Assembly (NCBI GenBank): GCA_963716935.1
Contig: CAVQUN010000005.1
Coordinates: 384,864-448,863 of the forward strand
Source: an uncultured Actinomycetes bacterium
Lineage (GTDB): Bacteria; Actinomycetota; UBA4738; HRBIN12
Direction of reading: 5' to 3'
Length of the DNA stretch: 64,000 nt
Part shown: positions 19,145 to 28,829 of the stretch, one piece after another
Position numbering within the stretch: position 1 is the stretch's first letter
Layout of the letters: every line of letters starts with the position of its first letter
Translations under genes and position numbers: made by a program
The notes under the pieces: generated by a model
What the model saw: the letters and a program-made list of their open reading frames with translations, nothing else
Databases searched by the model: none
What the model was told of the DNA's origin: nothing

Positions 19145-20197
19145 CTACCAACTCATCGTCGGGCGGACCCCGCTCGCGATCTTCTCGATCACGCCGCCCG
19201 TTTGAGCACCGCGCAGGCCCGCAGGGTGACCCACCGGCTCGGCGTGCCCGGTCGGTCGACGTCGGACCAGAGCTTGCCTGCGTAGGAATACCGGTTGGCC
19301 CAGCGGCCGTCGGCGTCTTGCTGCGCCGAGCAGCCATTCGATCGCGTTGCCGAGTCGCGGATCGCGACCGCGGCCGAGCTCCCCGAGCACCTCGAGGTTC
19401 TGGAGCACGTCGGCCACGTAGCCGGAGGGGAACCCGAGCTTGAACCAGGACGAGCTCACGTTCGTGCCGGTCGGGTAGTCGGCCTCGGCCGGATCCCGCG
19501 ACAGGAGGAACTCGACGCCGGCGCCGATCGCGCGCCGCACGTGCGGCGCCCGCCGCCGAGGGGGAACGGCCGCGAGCGCGCGCAGGCCCTTGATGGCGCC
19601 CCACGCGCACGGGTGCCCCCAGTTGACGGCGCACCCGAACCCGGGACCCGACGTCCCGGACCGGTAGAAGTCGTCGAAGCCCTCGCCGGTGATCGAGCGG
19701 GCCTGCCAGTTCACCGAACGGCGGACGCGCTCGTCGTCGAGCCAGCCGAAGTCGATCACGGCGCGGAGCAGGTTGCCGTTCAGGCAGTGGTAGACGGCCG
19801 ACGGCGGCGGCGGCCGCTCGCCGATCGACCCCGAGGCGCCGAAACCGCCGCTCGAGGTCTGGGCGTGGCCGATGACGTACTCGCAGGCGCGGGCGATGCG
19901 CCGGTCACGGCCGTCCGCGCCCATCTGGTCGAGGAAGATGAGGCTCCAGACCGTCCCGGTGTACTTCCGCGCATAGCCCGGACCGGGCTTCTCCCAGAAG
20001 CCCTCCGGCGTCTGGTGCGCAAGGATCGAGGCGATCGGCGGGACGCGCATCGCCACGGCCCGCGCTCGGCGCACGCTCGCCGAGTCCTCCGGCTCGTCGA
20101 GCAGGAGCCGCAGGGCGAGGTGGCGGACGGCCGGGACCTCGTCGTCGAGGAGCCAGGGCAACGGATCCCCGTTCAGGAGAACTCGCCAGTCCCCCAC
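19145..20197 (-). CDS. Hypothetical protein, possibly alpha/alpha-toroid (prenyltransferase/squalene-oxidase-repeat-like)
   Basis: Non-repetitive 350-aa ORF with Trp/Gly-rich repeats (GFWEK, GGFG, NWGHPCAWGA). GTG start 3 nt after the ALDH stop. The C-terminal ~45 aa are low-complexity and may be out of frame. Confidence 0.4.
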   Translation of the reverse strand: MGDWRVLLNGDPLPWLLDDEVPAVRHLALRLLLDEPEDSASVRRARAVAMRVPPIASILAHQTPEGFWEKPGPGYARKYTGTVWSLIFLDQMGADGRDRRIARACEYVIGHAQTSSGGFGASGSIGERPPPPSAVYHCLNGNLLRAVIDFGWLDDERVRRSVNWQARSITGEGFDDFYRSGTSGPGFGCAVNWGHPCAWGAIKGLRALAAVPPRRRAPHVRRAIGAGVEFLLSRDPAEADYPTGTNVSSSWFKLGFPSGYVADVLQNLEVLGELGRGRDPRLGNAIEWLLGAARRRRPLGQPVFLRRQALVRRRPTGHAEPVGHPAGLRGAQTGGVIEKIASGVRPTMSW

Positions 20198-20200
20198 GGG

Positions 20201-21640
20201 TCAGTCCTGCGAGAAGTAGATGTTCTTCACCTCGGTGTACAGGTTCACGGCGTGCATCCCCATCTCGCGGCCGATCCCGCTCTGCTTGTAGCCGCCGAAC
20301 GGCGCCTCGGTGTGCACACTGTGCGCGGAGTTCACCGACAGGACGCCCGTCCGAATCCCCTTGGCCACGCGGATGGCGCGGCCGAGGTTCCGCGTCCAGA
20401 CCGAGCCCGAGAGCCCGTACGGCGTGTCGTTGGCGAGGCTGATCGCCTCCTCCTCGGTGTCGAACGGCATGATGCACGCCACCGGACCGAAGATCTCCTC
20501 GCGAGCCACGCGCCACGAGTTCTCGACGTCCGCCAGGATCGCCGGCCGCAGGTAGAAGCCGCCGGGCGGCTCCGGCGGGACCTCGCCGCCGGTCACGAGG
20601 CGCGCGCCTTCCTCGAGCCCGATCGCGATGTAGTCGAGCGAGGTCCGGCGCTGTCCGTCCGAGATCATCGGCCCGAGGTCCGTCGACTCGTCGTCCGGCA
20701 TGCCGACGTGCAGCTCGGCGGTCCGCTTGGCCATGCGCTCGATGAACTCGTCGTAGACGGGTCGCTCGACGAACATCCGCGCGCGGGAGGTGCAGTCCTG
20801 TCCCGTGTTGTCGAAGATCGACCACATCGACTTCTCGACGCACACGTCCATGTCGGCGTCGGCGAACACGACGTTCGCGGACTTGCCCCCGAGCTCGAGG
20901 GAGACGCGCGTGATGTTGTCCGCGCAGAGCTTCATGATCTGCGACCCGACGGCCGTCGACCCCGTGAACCCCACCTTGGAGACCCGCGGATCGGACACGA
21001 GCGCCGTTCCGACCTTCGAGCCCGGACCGGGCAGGACGCTGATCGTCTGCGGGGGCAACCCCGCCTCGACGAGCAGGTCGGCGAGCTTCAGCACCGACAG
21101 CGGCGTGAAGGTGGCGGGCTTGACCACGATCGAGTTGCCGCAGGCGAGCGCGGGCCCGATCTTCCAGGTCGCGATCACGAGCGGGAAGTTCCACGGCGTG
21201 ATGAGGGCGCAGACGCCGACCGGCTCGCGCAGGGAGATGTCGAGCCCGGGATCCGAGACCGGGATCGTCTCGCCGAAGATCTTGTTCGCGGCCCCGCCCC
21301 AGTACTCCAGGACGTTGGCGACGATGCCCATCTCGCCGCGCGCGGCGTTGATCGGCTTGCCGGCGTTGCGCGACTCCACCGCCGCGAACTCCTCGAGCCG
21401 CTCGCGGAACAGGACCGCCACTCGCAGCAGCACCCGGCCGCGCTCCGTCGCGCTCATGCGTCGCCAGGGCCCTTCCTCGAACGATCGGTGGGCGACGTCG
21501 ACCGCTCGACGCGCGTCCTCGACGCCGGCGTCCGCGACCTGGGTCATCGGGAGCCCGGTCCCGGGCTCGATCACGTCGGAGGCCGTCCCGTCGGCGGCGG
21601 CGGTGCGCTCGCCGCCGAGCACCAGCAGCTCGGTCGTCAT
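20201..21640 (-). CDS. NAD(P)-dependent aldehyde dehydrogenase
   Basis: ALDH catalytic motifs LELGGKSA and GQDCTS. ATG 21640 with RBS GGAG. The N-terminal 60 aa of the track ORF are excluded. Confidence 0.88.
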   Translation of the reverse strand: MTTELLVLGGERTAAADGTASDVIEPGTGLPMTQVADAGVEDARRAVDVAHRSFEEGPWRRMSATERGRVLLRVAVLFRERLEEFAAVESRNAGKPINAARGEMGIVANVLEYWGGAANKIFGETIPVSDPGLDISLREPVGVCALITPWNFPLVIATWKIGPALACGNSIVVKPATFTPLSVLKLADLLVEAGLPPQTISVLPGPGSKVGTALVSDPRVSKVGFTGSTAVGSQIMKLCADNITRVSLELGGKSANVVFADADMDVCVEKSMWSIFDNTGQDCTSRARMFVERPVYDEFIERMAKRTAELHVGMPDDESTDLGPMISDGQRRTSLDYIAIGLEEGARLVTGGEVPPEPPGGFYLRPAILADVENSWRVAREEIFGPVACIMPFDTEEEAISLANDTPYGLSGSVWTRNLGRAIRVAKGIRTGVLSVNSAHSVHTEAPFGGYKQSGIGREMGMHAVNLYTEVKNIYFSQD

Positions 21641-21713
21641 GACAAGGCTCCTCGTTCGGCGACGGGCCAGATGATAGGCCCGTATGCTCCGCTCGTCGCA
21701 GGGAGGTGGCGTC

Positions 21714-22493
21714 ATGGGACGGCTGGACGGCAAGGTCGCGTTGATCACCGGAGGCGCGAGCGGCATGGGGATGGTCGCCTCGAAGCTGTTCGCGGCCGAG
21801 GGCGCGAAGGTGGTGCTCACCGACCTCGCCGACGACGCGGGCCTCGCGATCGCGAAGGAGATCGAGGCCGACGGCGGCGAGGCCGCCTACGTCCACGCGG
21901 ACGTCTCGTCCGAGTCCGACGCGAAGGACATGGTGGCGGCGGCCGTCGAGCGCTTCGGCGGCCTGCACGTCTTGTACAACAACGCCGGCGTCATGCTCGC
22001 CGAGGACGGCTCCGTCGACTCGACGGACGCCTCCATCTGGGACACGACCCTCGCGATCAACGTGAAGGGCGTCGCCTTCGGGTGCAAGTACGGCGTCCCG
22101 GCGATGATCGACTCGGGGGGCGGGTCCATCATCAACGTCGCTTCCTTCGTCGCGTGGATGGGCGCCGCGACGTCGCAGACCGCCTACACGGCCTCGAAGG
22201 GGGCCGTGCTCGCGATGACCCGCGAGATCGCCGTCGAGTATGCGCGCAGGGGCGTCCGGTGCAACGCCCTGTGCCCGGGCCCGATCGACACGCCGCTGCT
22301 CGCCGAGCTGCTCTCGGATCCCGCGCGGCGCCAGCGGCGGTTCGTCCACATCCCGATGGGCCGGCTCGGCCGGGCGGACGAGCTCGCGAAGGCGGCGCTG
22401 TTCCTCGCCTCCGACGACTCCTCGTTCATGACCGGGGCCTCCCTGGTCGTGGACGGGGGGATCACCGCGGCATACGTCACGCCCGAGGACTGA
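21714..22493 (+). CDS. SDR-family oxidoreductase
   Basis: TGGASGMG Rossmann motif, NNAG, and the YTASK catalytic motif. RBS GGAGG upstream of ATG 21714. Confidence 0.88.
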   Translation: MGRLDGKVALITGGASGMGMVASKLFAAEGAKVVLTDLADDAGLAIAKEIEADGGEAAYVHADVSSESDAKDMVAAAVERFGGLHVLYNNAGVMLAEDGSVDSTDASIWDTTLAINVKGVAFGCKYGVPAMIDSGGGSIINVASFVAWMGAATSQTAYTASKGAVLAMTREIAVEYARRGVRCNALCPGPIDTPLLAELLSDPARRQRRFVHIPMGRLGRADELAKAALFLASDDSSFMTGASLVVDGGITAAYVTPED

Positions 22494-22542
22494 CCGGCAA
22501 AGAACGGACTGAACCCTCCGGCCTCGGGGGACGATAACCCCG

Positions 22543-22827
22543 GTGATGGAGGCGCTCCTCGCCGTCGGCGGCCCGGGTCCGCAGATCACCCCCAGCTGGG
22601 ACTTCTGGCTCCCCGGCTACATGCTGCTGTCGTTCCTGCTGCTGGTCGTCTTGGTCCGAAGCCGGGTCACGCCCTGGACCGCGGCCGTCTGCCTGGCCAC
22701 CGGGACCCTCTGGTCGTGGACCGACAACGCGATGGGCGTCGTCCCCGCCGCCGCGCTCGCCGTGTTCGTGGCCGTGCTCGCCGGGGCGGTGCGCCGGCGG
22801 ATGCCACCACTGCGCCGCGCGCGCTGA
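22543..22827 (+). CDS. Small hypothetical membrane protein
   Basis: Two predicted TM helices. Weak RBS. No recognisable family. Confidence 0.3.
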   Translation: MMEALLAVGGPGPQITPSWDFWLPGYMLLSFLLLVVLVRSRVTPWTAAVCLATGTLWSWTDNAMGVVPAAALAVFVAVLAGAVRRRMPPLRRAR

Positions 22828-22830
22828 CGC

Positions 22831-24354
22831 TCAGGCAGAGGCGAACGCCGGCTTCAGCGCGAAATACACCTCCCGGTACCGCCGGTACGCCTCGTCGTAG
22901 ACCTCGCGCCGCTCCGGATCGGGCTCGTGCCCGTCGGGCCGAAACGCCACGAAGGCCTCGACCGCGTCCACCACGCTCGCATGCACGCCGGCGCCGACCG
23001 CCGCGAGGATCGCCGCGCCGGTGGCGGTGGTCTCCACGCTCTGCGGAACGCGGACGGGAAGCCCCGTGACGTCGGCCTTGATCTGACGCCACAACGGCCC
23101 CTTCGCGCCGCCGCCGACGATCGTCAGGCGGCGAACGTCCAGACCCGCGGCCTTCATCGCCTCGAGGATGTCGCGGAGGGCGAACGCGCTCCCCTCGAGG
23201 ATCGCTCGCGTCATGTGCGCGCGGCTGTGGGCGAGCGTCAGCCCGAAGAAGACGCCGCGCGCCGCCCCGTTCCACTCCGGCGCCATCGCGCCCTGCATGC
23301 ACGGCAGGAACACGAGCCCCTCGGCCCCGGGCGGGACCCGCTCGGCCTCGCGCGAGAGGAGGTCGTAGGCGTCGCCGAGGCCCTCGGCCTCGGCGCCCCG
23401 CTCGATCGGCGCGAACTGATCGCGCCACCACCGCAGGTTGCCGCCCGAGACGAACCCCGGGTTCTCGAGCAGCCAGGCGTCGGGGTCGGCGTGGGGATGG
23501 CACTCGACGAGCATCGTCGGGTCCTCGCGCGGCTCGGCCGAGGCGGCGCACACGGGCTCGGCGGTCCCGACGACGTCGCACACCTCCCCGGGGGCGAACA
23601 CGCCGGCGCCGAGCGTGGCAGCCATCTCGTCGCCGCAGCCGACGGCAACCACGGTCGCGCGATCGAGCCCCGTTGACTCCGCGAACGCCGCCGTGATCAA
23701 CGCGATCGGGTCGGTCGCGGCCACCACCGCCGGGAGCAGGTGCTCGGGGAGATCGACCGCCGCGAGCGCCTCGGCCGACCACTTCCGCGACCGAGGATCG
23801 AGGAGCGCGAGCGAGGAGGCGTTCGAGTAGTCCACCGCGATCGTCCCGGAGACCTCGCGCAGCACGTACGTGCCGGGCGACATCAGAAACGTCGCACGCG
23901 ACCACACCTCGGGCTCCTCGTCGCGGACCCAGAGCGCCTTGAACACCGCGTGCGAGGAGTCGAGGTTGGCGCCCACGTGGTGATAGAAGTCCTCTGGAGC
24001 GATGCGCTCGGCCACGGCGGCCGCCTGAGCCTCCGCGCGGCGGTCCATCCAGATCATGGCGGGGCGCAGCGGGCGCGCGTCGGCCCCGCAGACCACCATC
24101 CCGTCGAGCTGCGATCCGAAGGACAGCCCCTTCACGGCCGAGGGCCCCTCCGGGACGTGCTCGAGGAGCTCGCGCACGCCCGCCGCGACGGCCGCCGGCC
24201 AGAGGTCGGGGTCCTGCTCGGCGGCGCCGGGGAACGGGAACGAGAGGTCATAGGCCTGGTACGAGGACGCCACCAGCGTCCCGTCGGCCGAGTACAGCGC
24301 GCAGTTCGTGCCCTGCGACCCGACGTCGCAGCCGATGACGTACGGCCCGCTCAC
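22831..24354 (-). CDS. FGGY-family carbohydrate kinase (xylulokinase-like)
   Basis: FGGY N- and C-terminal domains (YVIGCDVGSQG...GGGAKGPLWRQI). GTG 24354 forms a GTGA overlap with the upstream ADH stop. The 5' 317 codons of the track ORF are artefact. Confidence 0.85.
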   Translation of the reverse strand: MSGPYVIGCDVGSQGTNCALYSADGTLVASSYQAYDLSFPFPGAAEQDPDLWPAAVAAGVRELLEHVPEGPSAVKGLSFGSQLDGMVVCGADARPLRPAMIWMDRRAEAQAAAVAERIAPEDFYHHVGANLDSSHAVFKALWVRDEEPEVWSRATFLMSPGTYVLREVSGTIAVDYSNASSLALLDPRSRKWSAEALAAVDLPEHLLPAVVAATDPIALITAAFAESTGLDRATVVAVGCGDEMAATLGAGVFAPGEVCDVVGTAEPVCAASAEPREDPTMLVECHPHADPDAWLLENPGFVSGGNLRWWRDQFAPIERGAEAEGLGDAYDLLSREAERVPPGAEGLVFLPCMQGAMAPEWNGAARGVFFGLTLAHSRAHMTRAILEGSAFALRDILEAMKAAGLDVRRLTIVGGGAKGPLWRQIKADVTGLPVRVPQSVETTATGAAILAAVGAGVHASVVDAVEAFVAFRPDGHEPDPERREVYDEAYRRYREVYFALKPAFASA

Positions 24355-25403
24355 GGCAGGATCACCATCTTCAGCCCGGCGCCCGAGCGGATCGTCTCGA
24401 ACGCGTCCCCGATGCGTTCGAGCGAGAACCGGTGCGTGACGACGCGCGCGAGGTCCTCCTGGCGGCGGTCGAGGTAATCCATCGTGATCCGGTACTGCCG
24501 ATGGGTGGCCCCGTACGCGCCGAGGATCGCGAGCTCCTTGTAGTGGAGCTGGTTCATGTCGAGCGGGCTCACCGGGTCGTGCTTGGGCAGTCCGGCGAAG
24601 TAGACGACCCGGGCGCGCTTGGCGGCCATCTCGAGCGCCGCCTGCTGGGCGGCCTTGGCCGGAGCGGCCACGCTCACGCGGTCGACCCCGTGACCCCCCG
24701 TCCGGGAGAGCACCTCGGAGACGCCGTTGTCGGCGCCCGAGACCCAGGCGTCGTCGACGAAGTCGCCGACGATGCCCAGCGCGACGTCGAGCCGGTCCTT
24801 CTTGACGTCGGACAGGAAGATCCGGCTCGCGCCGCGGTCGCGGCACATGACGGCCTGCCAGCACCCGATGGGCCCCGTTCCGAGGATCATGACCGTGTCG
24901 CCGAGGCGCACGTCGAGCATCTCGACGCCGTTCAGCGCGCACGCGAACGGATCGGCCACCGTCGCGAGGTCCGAGGGCAGGTCGCCCGGCAGCGGGATGA
25001 GGTTCTTCGTCGCGATCGGCGGGACGGCCGCCCACTCGGCGTAGGCGCCCGGAAACGGGTCGTACCCGTAGAGGAGATGGTGCTCGCAGAGGTTCTGGAA
25101 GCCGTCGAGACACCAGCGGCACTCGCCGCACGTCAGGATCGAGCCGAGGAACACCCGGTCGCCCTTGCGAACGCCGGGAGGCAGCGCCGCCTCGTGCCCG
25201 ACCTCCTCGAGCACGCCCACCGGCTCGTGGCCCAGCACCCACGGCGCGGGAGCGCGGGGGTCGCCGTTGAAGAACGTCCGGGCGTCGGTCCCGCAGATCC
25301 CGCACGCCTCCACGCGAAGGATCGCGCCGGCGGGGTCGAGCTTCGGTTCCTCGGTGTCGCGGATCTCCACGGCATCGACGTCGGTCATGAACGCCGCGCG
25401 CAT
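24351..25403 (-). CDS. Zinc-dependent MDR alcohol/polyol dehydrogenase (sorbitol/threonine dehydrogenase-like)
   Basis: GHEPVG catalytic Zn motif, structural Zn cysteines CGECRWC, and Rossmann GTGPIG. Confidence 0.88.
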   Translation of the reverse strand: MRAAFMTDVDAVEIRDTEEPKLDPAGAILRVEACGICGTDARTFFNGDPRAPAPWVLGHEPVGVLEEVGHEAALPPGVRKGDRVFLGSILTCGECRWCLDGFQNLCEHHLLYGYDPFPGAYAEWAAVPPIATKNLIPLPGDLPSDLATVADPFACALNGVEMLDVRLGDTVMILGTGPIGCWQAVMCRDRGASRIFLSDVKKDRLDVALGIVGDFVDDAWVSGADNGVSEVLSRTGGHGVDRVSVAAPAKAAQQAALEMAAKRARVVYFAGLPKHDPVSPLDMNQLHYKELAILGAYGATHRQYRITMDYLDRRQEDLARVVTHRFSLERIGDAFETIRSGAGLKMVILP

Positions 25404-25410
25404 GCCTCGA

Positions 25411-26220
25411 TCACCGCCCCGCCAGCTCGTCCTGGAGCGCCTCGTGGGCCTTGTCGGCCGCCCAGCGCTCGCGGATCACGCGGGCGAGCGCCCGCGTGAT
25501 GGCCTCGGGCGACGCGTGCATGAAGATGTTCCGGCCGACCGAGCACCCGATCGCCCCCGCCTCGACCGCGACCTGCATGCGCCACAGCAGCTCGGCGTCC
25601 TCCAGGCGCGACCCGCCGGCCAGCACCACCGGGATCCCGTTCGCCGCCTCGACGAGCCGCCCGAACGACTCCGGGTCCCCGGGCCAGTTCGTCTTCACGA
25701 TGTCGGCGCCGAGCTCGGCGCACAGGCGGACGTTGCGCCGCAGGTACTCGAAGCCGTACTGCTGCTTCAGCTCCTCGACCGTCGCGTAGGTGGTGGGGAA
25801 CTCGGCCTCGGCGATGAACGGCATGCCGAGCGCCCCGCACTCGCGCCCGACGGCCGCGAGGATGTCGATCATCCCGGGCTCGGTCTCGCCGCCGAGCGCG
25901 GTGAAGAGCACGACGGCGTCGGCGCCGAGCACGAGCGCCTCCTCCACCTCGGCGATCTGCACGATCTGCGGCCGGTCGCCGTCCGGGTTCCCCGACGCCG
26001 AGAGCAGGAGCGCGAGCGAGGTCGTCGGCGAGAAGGCCGGCTCCGCGATCCGGATCATGCCCTTGCTCATCATGATGACGTTCGCGCCGCCGGCCACGGT
26101 CTCCGCGGCGCGCATCGCGATGTCCGCGAGCGGCTCGAGGAACGTCGGCGAGGTCATGCCGTGGTCGAGGGCGCAGATGATCGACACGCCCGCGGGATCG
26201 ATCACGCGCTTCAGTCGCAT
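25411..26220 (-). CDS. DhnA-type class I aldolase (FbaB/LsrF/ADH-synthase family)
   Basis: 269-aa C-terminal segment of the track ORF with the DeoC/DhnA TIM-barrel pattern (IVKTNWPGD, VVLAGGS). ATG at 26220. Confidence 0.8.
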   Translation of the reverse strand: MRLKRVIDPAGVSIICALDHGMTSPTFLEPLADIAMRAAETVAGGANVIMMSKGMIRIAEPAFSPTTSLALLLSASGNPDGDRPQIVQIAEVEEALVLGADAVVLFTALGGETEPGMIDILAAVGRECGALGMPFIAEAEFPTTYATVEELKQQYGFEYLRRNVRLCAELGADIVKTNWPGDPESFGRLVEAANGIPVVLAGGSRLEDAELLWRMQVAVEAGAIGCSVGRNIFMHASPEAITRALARVIRERWAADKAHEALQDELAGR

Positions 26221-26240
26221 CGCCTTGCCCACCTGTGCCG

Positions 26241-26985
26241 TCACGTGTGCCTCCTCCCCGGACCCCGCCGGAACACCGAGAACTCGAACGCGTCCGCCAG
26301 GTGGTGCTCGTGCGAGGAGACGAGCGGAGCGCCCGACTCGTCGAAGTCCACCTGACGCAGATACAGGAGCAACGTCCCGCGGGCGACGCGGAGACGGGAT
26401 GCGACGTGTCCGTCCGCCCGCGTCGGCCGGAACGTCGCGAGCCCGTGATGGATCACCTGGCCGAGATCGCGCTCGAGCACCTCGTACACGGAGCTCGTCT
26501 CGAGCTTGGTGAGCAGCGCCGGGTCGTCGCCCGTGACGCGCATGGCCAGGATGTCGCGCGACAGGACGACGGGTCGCCCGTCGGCCGTGCGAACCCGGTC
26601 GACGACGACCACGTCCTCGCCCGGCTCGAGGTCCAGACGCTCGGCCTCCTCGGCGGAGGCGGCCTCGACGCGTAGGACCCCCTGCTCGGTTCCCGGTTCC
26701 ATGCCCGACGCGCGGATCGCGTCGGTCACGCCGAAGTTCGCGTCGAGGTTGTTCGCCATGCGCGGGCGGTCCGACACGAAGGTCCCCGCCCCGCGCGTCC
26801 GCCGGACGAGCCCCTCCTCCTCCAGGGACCGAAGCGCCTCGCGAAGCGTCGCCCTCGAGACGCCGAGCTCGGCCGCGAGCTCGGGCTCGGGGGGAGCTGG
26901 CTCCCCGCCGGCTCGTCGAGGATCCGCGTGGCGATGTGGCGCCGCACCGAGAGCGTCTTGGAACCCGACCGTCGCACCCGCACCC
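26241..26985 (-). pseudogene. GntR/HutC-family regulator (wHTH + UTRA) interrupted by a frameshift at a C6 homopolymer
   Basis: The HTH half (VRRSGSKTLSVRRHIATRILDEPAGSQLPP | EPELAAELGVSRATLREALRSLEEEGLVRRTRGAGTF) switches frame at the G6/C6 run 26888-26893. The UTRA effector domain continues in the other frame to the stop at 26241. One extra C would restore a single ORF. Confidence 0.6.
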
Positions 26986-27004
26986 CTCCCGAGCCATCAG
27001 TATT

Positions 27005-27017
27005 TGTCTGACAAAGC
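27005..27017. promoter_or_regulatory. Palindrome TTTGTCTGACAAA, candidate GntR/HutC operator
   Basis: Perfect 6-1-6 inverted repeat with the GT-N-AC core typical of HutC-subfamily operators. Lies in the divergent region between the GntR gene and the permease gene. Confidence 0.35.
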
Positions 27018-27081
27018 CCGGTCGTCAACACGGATCCCGAGCGTGGCAGGCACGGCGCGAGCCTCAGTGGGGACTTCTCCT

Positions 27082-27116
27082 GTTTGACATGCCCCGGCCG
27101 GCTATGGCTCGATACG
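27082..27116 (+). promoter_or_regulatory. Conserved promoter-like motif GTTTGACA-N21-GATACG (copy 1) upstream of the permease gene
   Basis: Contains a TTGACA -35-like hexamer. Identical architecture, with the downstream CGAACGA extension, recurs at 28830-28864. Confidence 0.4.
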
Positions 27117-27163
27117 GCCCGAACGACCGACGGACGGTCCGTGCAGCCAGGGGAGGTGGCCAC

Positions 27164-28765
27164 GTGTCGGAACGCAAGGTCGGGTCCGTGACCTACCAGG
27201 AGGTGGGCCAGGACTACTTCGACAAGCGCGGCCTTCGGCGCCACGCAGGTGTCTGGTCGCTGTGGGCCCTCGGCGTCGGGGCGGTCATCTCCGGCGAGTA
27301 CTACGGCTGGAACTTCGGCCTGGGAACCGGAGGATTCGGCGGCCTGCTGATCGCCGGTGCGCTGATGGCGATCATGTACTACGGCCTCGTCTACTCGATC
27401 GCCGAGATGTCCCCCGCGCTCCCGCACACGGGCGGTGCGTACTCGTTCGCGAGATCGGCCATGGGGCCGTGGGGCGGGTTCCTCACCGGCCTCGCGGAGA
27501 ACATGGAGTACGTGATCACGCCGGCGGTCGTCGTCGGCGCGATCGGGCTGCTCATGCAGGAGATCGTCGCGGGCCTGTTCAACGTCACCGGCGACCCGTG
27601 GTGGAACAGCCTCCCGATGTGGTGGGCGGTCTTCTACATCATCTTCGTCGGGATCAACATCCTCGGGATCGAGGCCACGATGCGATTCACGGTGGTCATC
27701 ACGGTCCTGTCCATCGCGGTCCTCGTGTTCTTCTTCCTTGCGGCGATCTTCTCGGGGAAGCTCGACTTCTCGCTGTGGACGAACATCCCCAAGGGCGGCG
27801 GCGAACCGATCCCCGGCGGAGGCGGACCGATGCTCCCGTTCGGGCTGAGCGGGATCTTCAAGTCCCTTCCCTTCGCGATCTGGTTCTTCCTCGCGATCGA
27901 GGAGGTGCCGCTCGCGGCGGAGGAGTCGATGGACCCGCGGCGCGACGTGCCCAAGGGATCCGTGTGGGCGATGCACACGCTGCTGATCGCGGCCATCCTC
28001 ACGCTGGTCTTCAACACGGCCCTGCCGGGAGGAGCGTTCCTCTACGGCCAGTCGGGGTTCCCGCTGCTGGATGGGCTGTTCGCGATCTTCGGCAAGGACA
28101 GCGCCACCGAGTTGCTCGGGCTCCTGTTCCTCATCGGCCTCGTGGCGAGCTTCTTCACGATCATCTACGCGTACGGCCGGAACACGTACTCACTGTCGCG
28201 CGCCGGCTACTTCCCGAAGTTCCTGTCGAAGACACACGGTCAGCGCAAGACACCCCATGTCGCCCTGATCGCCGGGGCGCTCGTCGGGTACGCGGTCTCG
28301 CTGCTCGTGTACATCCTGCAGCGTGAGGAGCTCGGCACGCAGATCGTCGCCGCGCTGCTGAACATGGCGGTATTCGCTGCGGTCATCTCGTACATCTTCC
28401 AGATGACGTCGTTCGTCCTGCTCCGCAGGAAGATGCCGAACATCGCGCGGCCCTACCGCAGCAAGTGGGGCGTTCCGGGTGCGGTCATCGCGGGACTGCT
28501 CGCGGCCGTGTCCCTCGTGGCGATCTTCCTGAACGAGGCCTACCGCCCCGGCGTGTATGGCGTGGCGATCTACTACGTCCTCGGGGTCCTGTACTTCGCG
28601 ATCGCCGGGAGGAACCGGCTCGTCCTCTCACCGGAAGAGGAGTTCGCGCTCACGCAGGGCGAGAAGGGCGTGCCGCAGGAGAGCTACGTGACGAGCGCGG
28701 CGGAGCAGGAGGCGATCCTGCGCGGCGAGAGTTCGAGCACCGGAACCCAGGCCCCGTCTGGGTAG
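27164..28765 (+). CDS. APC-superfamily amino acid/ethanolamine permease (EutP/Eat-like)
   Basis: 12-TM APC fold. HTGGAYSF-like motif (LPHTGGAYSFARSAMGPWGGF) typical of ethanolamine permeases. GTG 27164 behind RBS GGGAGG. Confidence 0.8.
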   Translation: MSERKVGSVTYQEVGQDYFDKRGLRRHAGVWSLWALGVGAVISGEYYGWNFGLGTGGFGGLLIAGALMAIMYYGLVYSIAEMSPALPHTGGAYSFARSAMGPWGGFLTGLAENMEYVITPAVVVGAIGLLMQEIVAGLFNVTGDPWWNSLPMWWAVFYIIFVGINILGIEATMRFTVVITVLSIAVLVFFFLAAIFSGKLDFSLWTNIPKGGGEPIPGGGGPMLPFGLSGIFKSLPFAIWFFLAIEEVPLAAEESMDPRRDVPKGSVWAMHTLLIAAILTLVFNTALPGGAFLYGQSGFPLLDGLFAIFGKDSATELLGLLFLIGLVASFFTIIYAYGRNTYSLSRAGYFPKFLSKTHGQRKTPHVALIAGALVGYAVSLLVYILQREELGTQIVAALLNMAVFAAVISYIFQMTSFVLLRRKMPNIARPYRSKWGVPGAVIAGLLAAVSLVAIFLNEAYRPGVYGVAIYYVLGVLYFAIAGRNRLVLSPEEEFALTQGEKGVPQESYVTSAAEQEAILRGESSSTGTQAPSG

Positions 28766-28791
28766 CGGGTCGCTCGATCCAACGCGCGGAC

Positions 28792-28824
28792 GGCGGGCCC
28801 CTCGGGGCCCGCCGTCTTCGTCTC
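28792..28824 (+). terminator. Putative intrinsic terminator after the permease gene
   Basis: GGCGGGCCC-CTCG-GGGCCCGCC hairpin followed by GTCTTCGTCTCC. The T-tract is weak for a high-GC genome. Confidence 0.4.
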
Positions 28825-28829
28825 CGCAC

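Noticed and set aside
14422-22589. Long ORFs 14422-16527 (-), 15498-17750 (+), 17790-19205 (+), 19295-22537 (+), 19905-22589 (-)
   Set aside because: Arg/Gly/Asp-rich artefacts lying over TrpB2, zwf, greA, ALDH and SDR, which are unambiguous in other frames.
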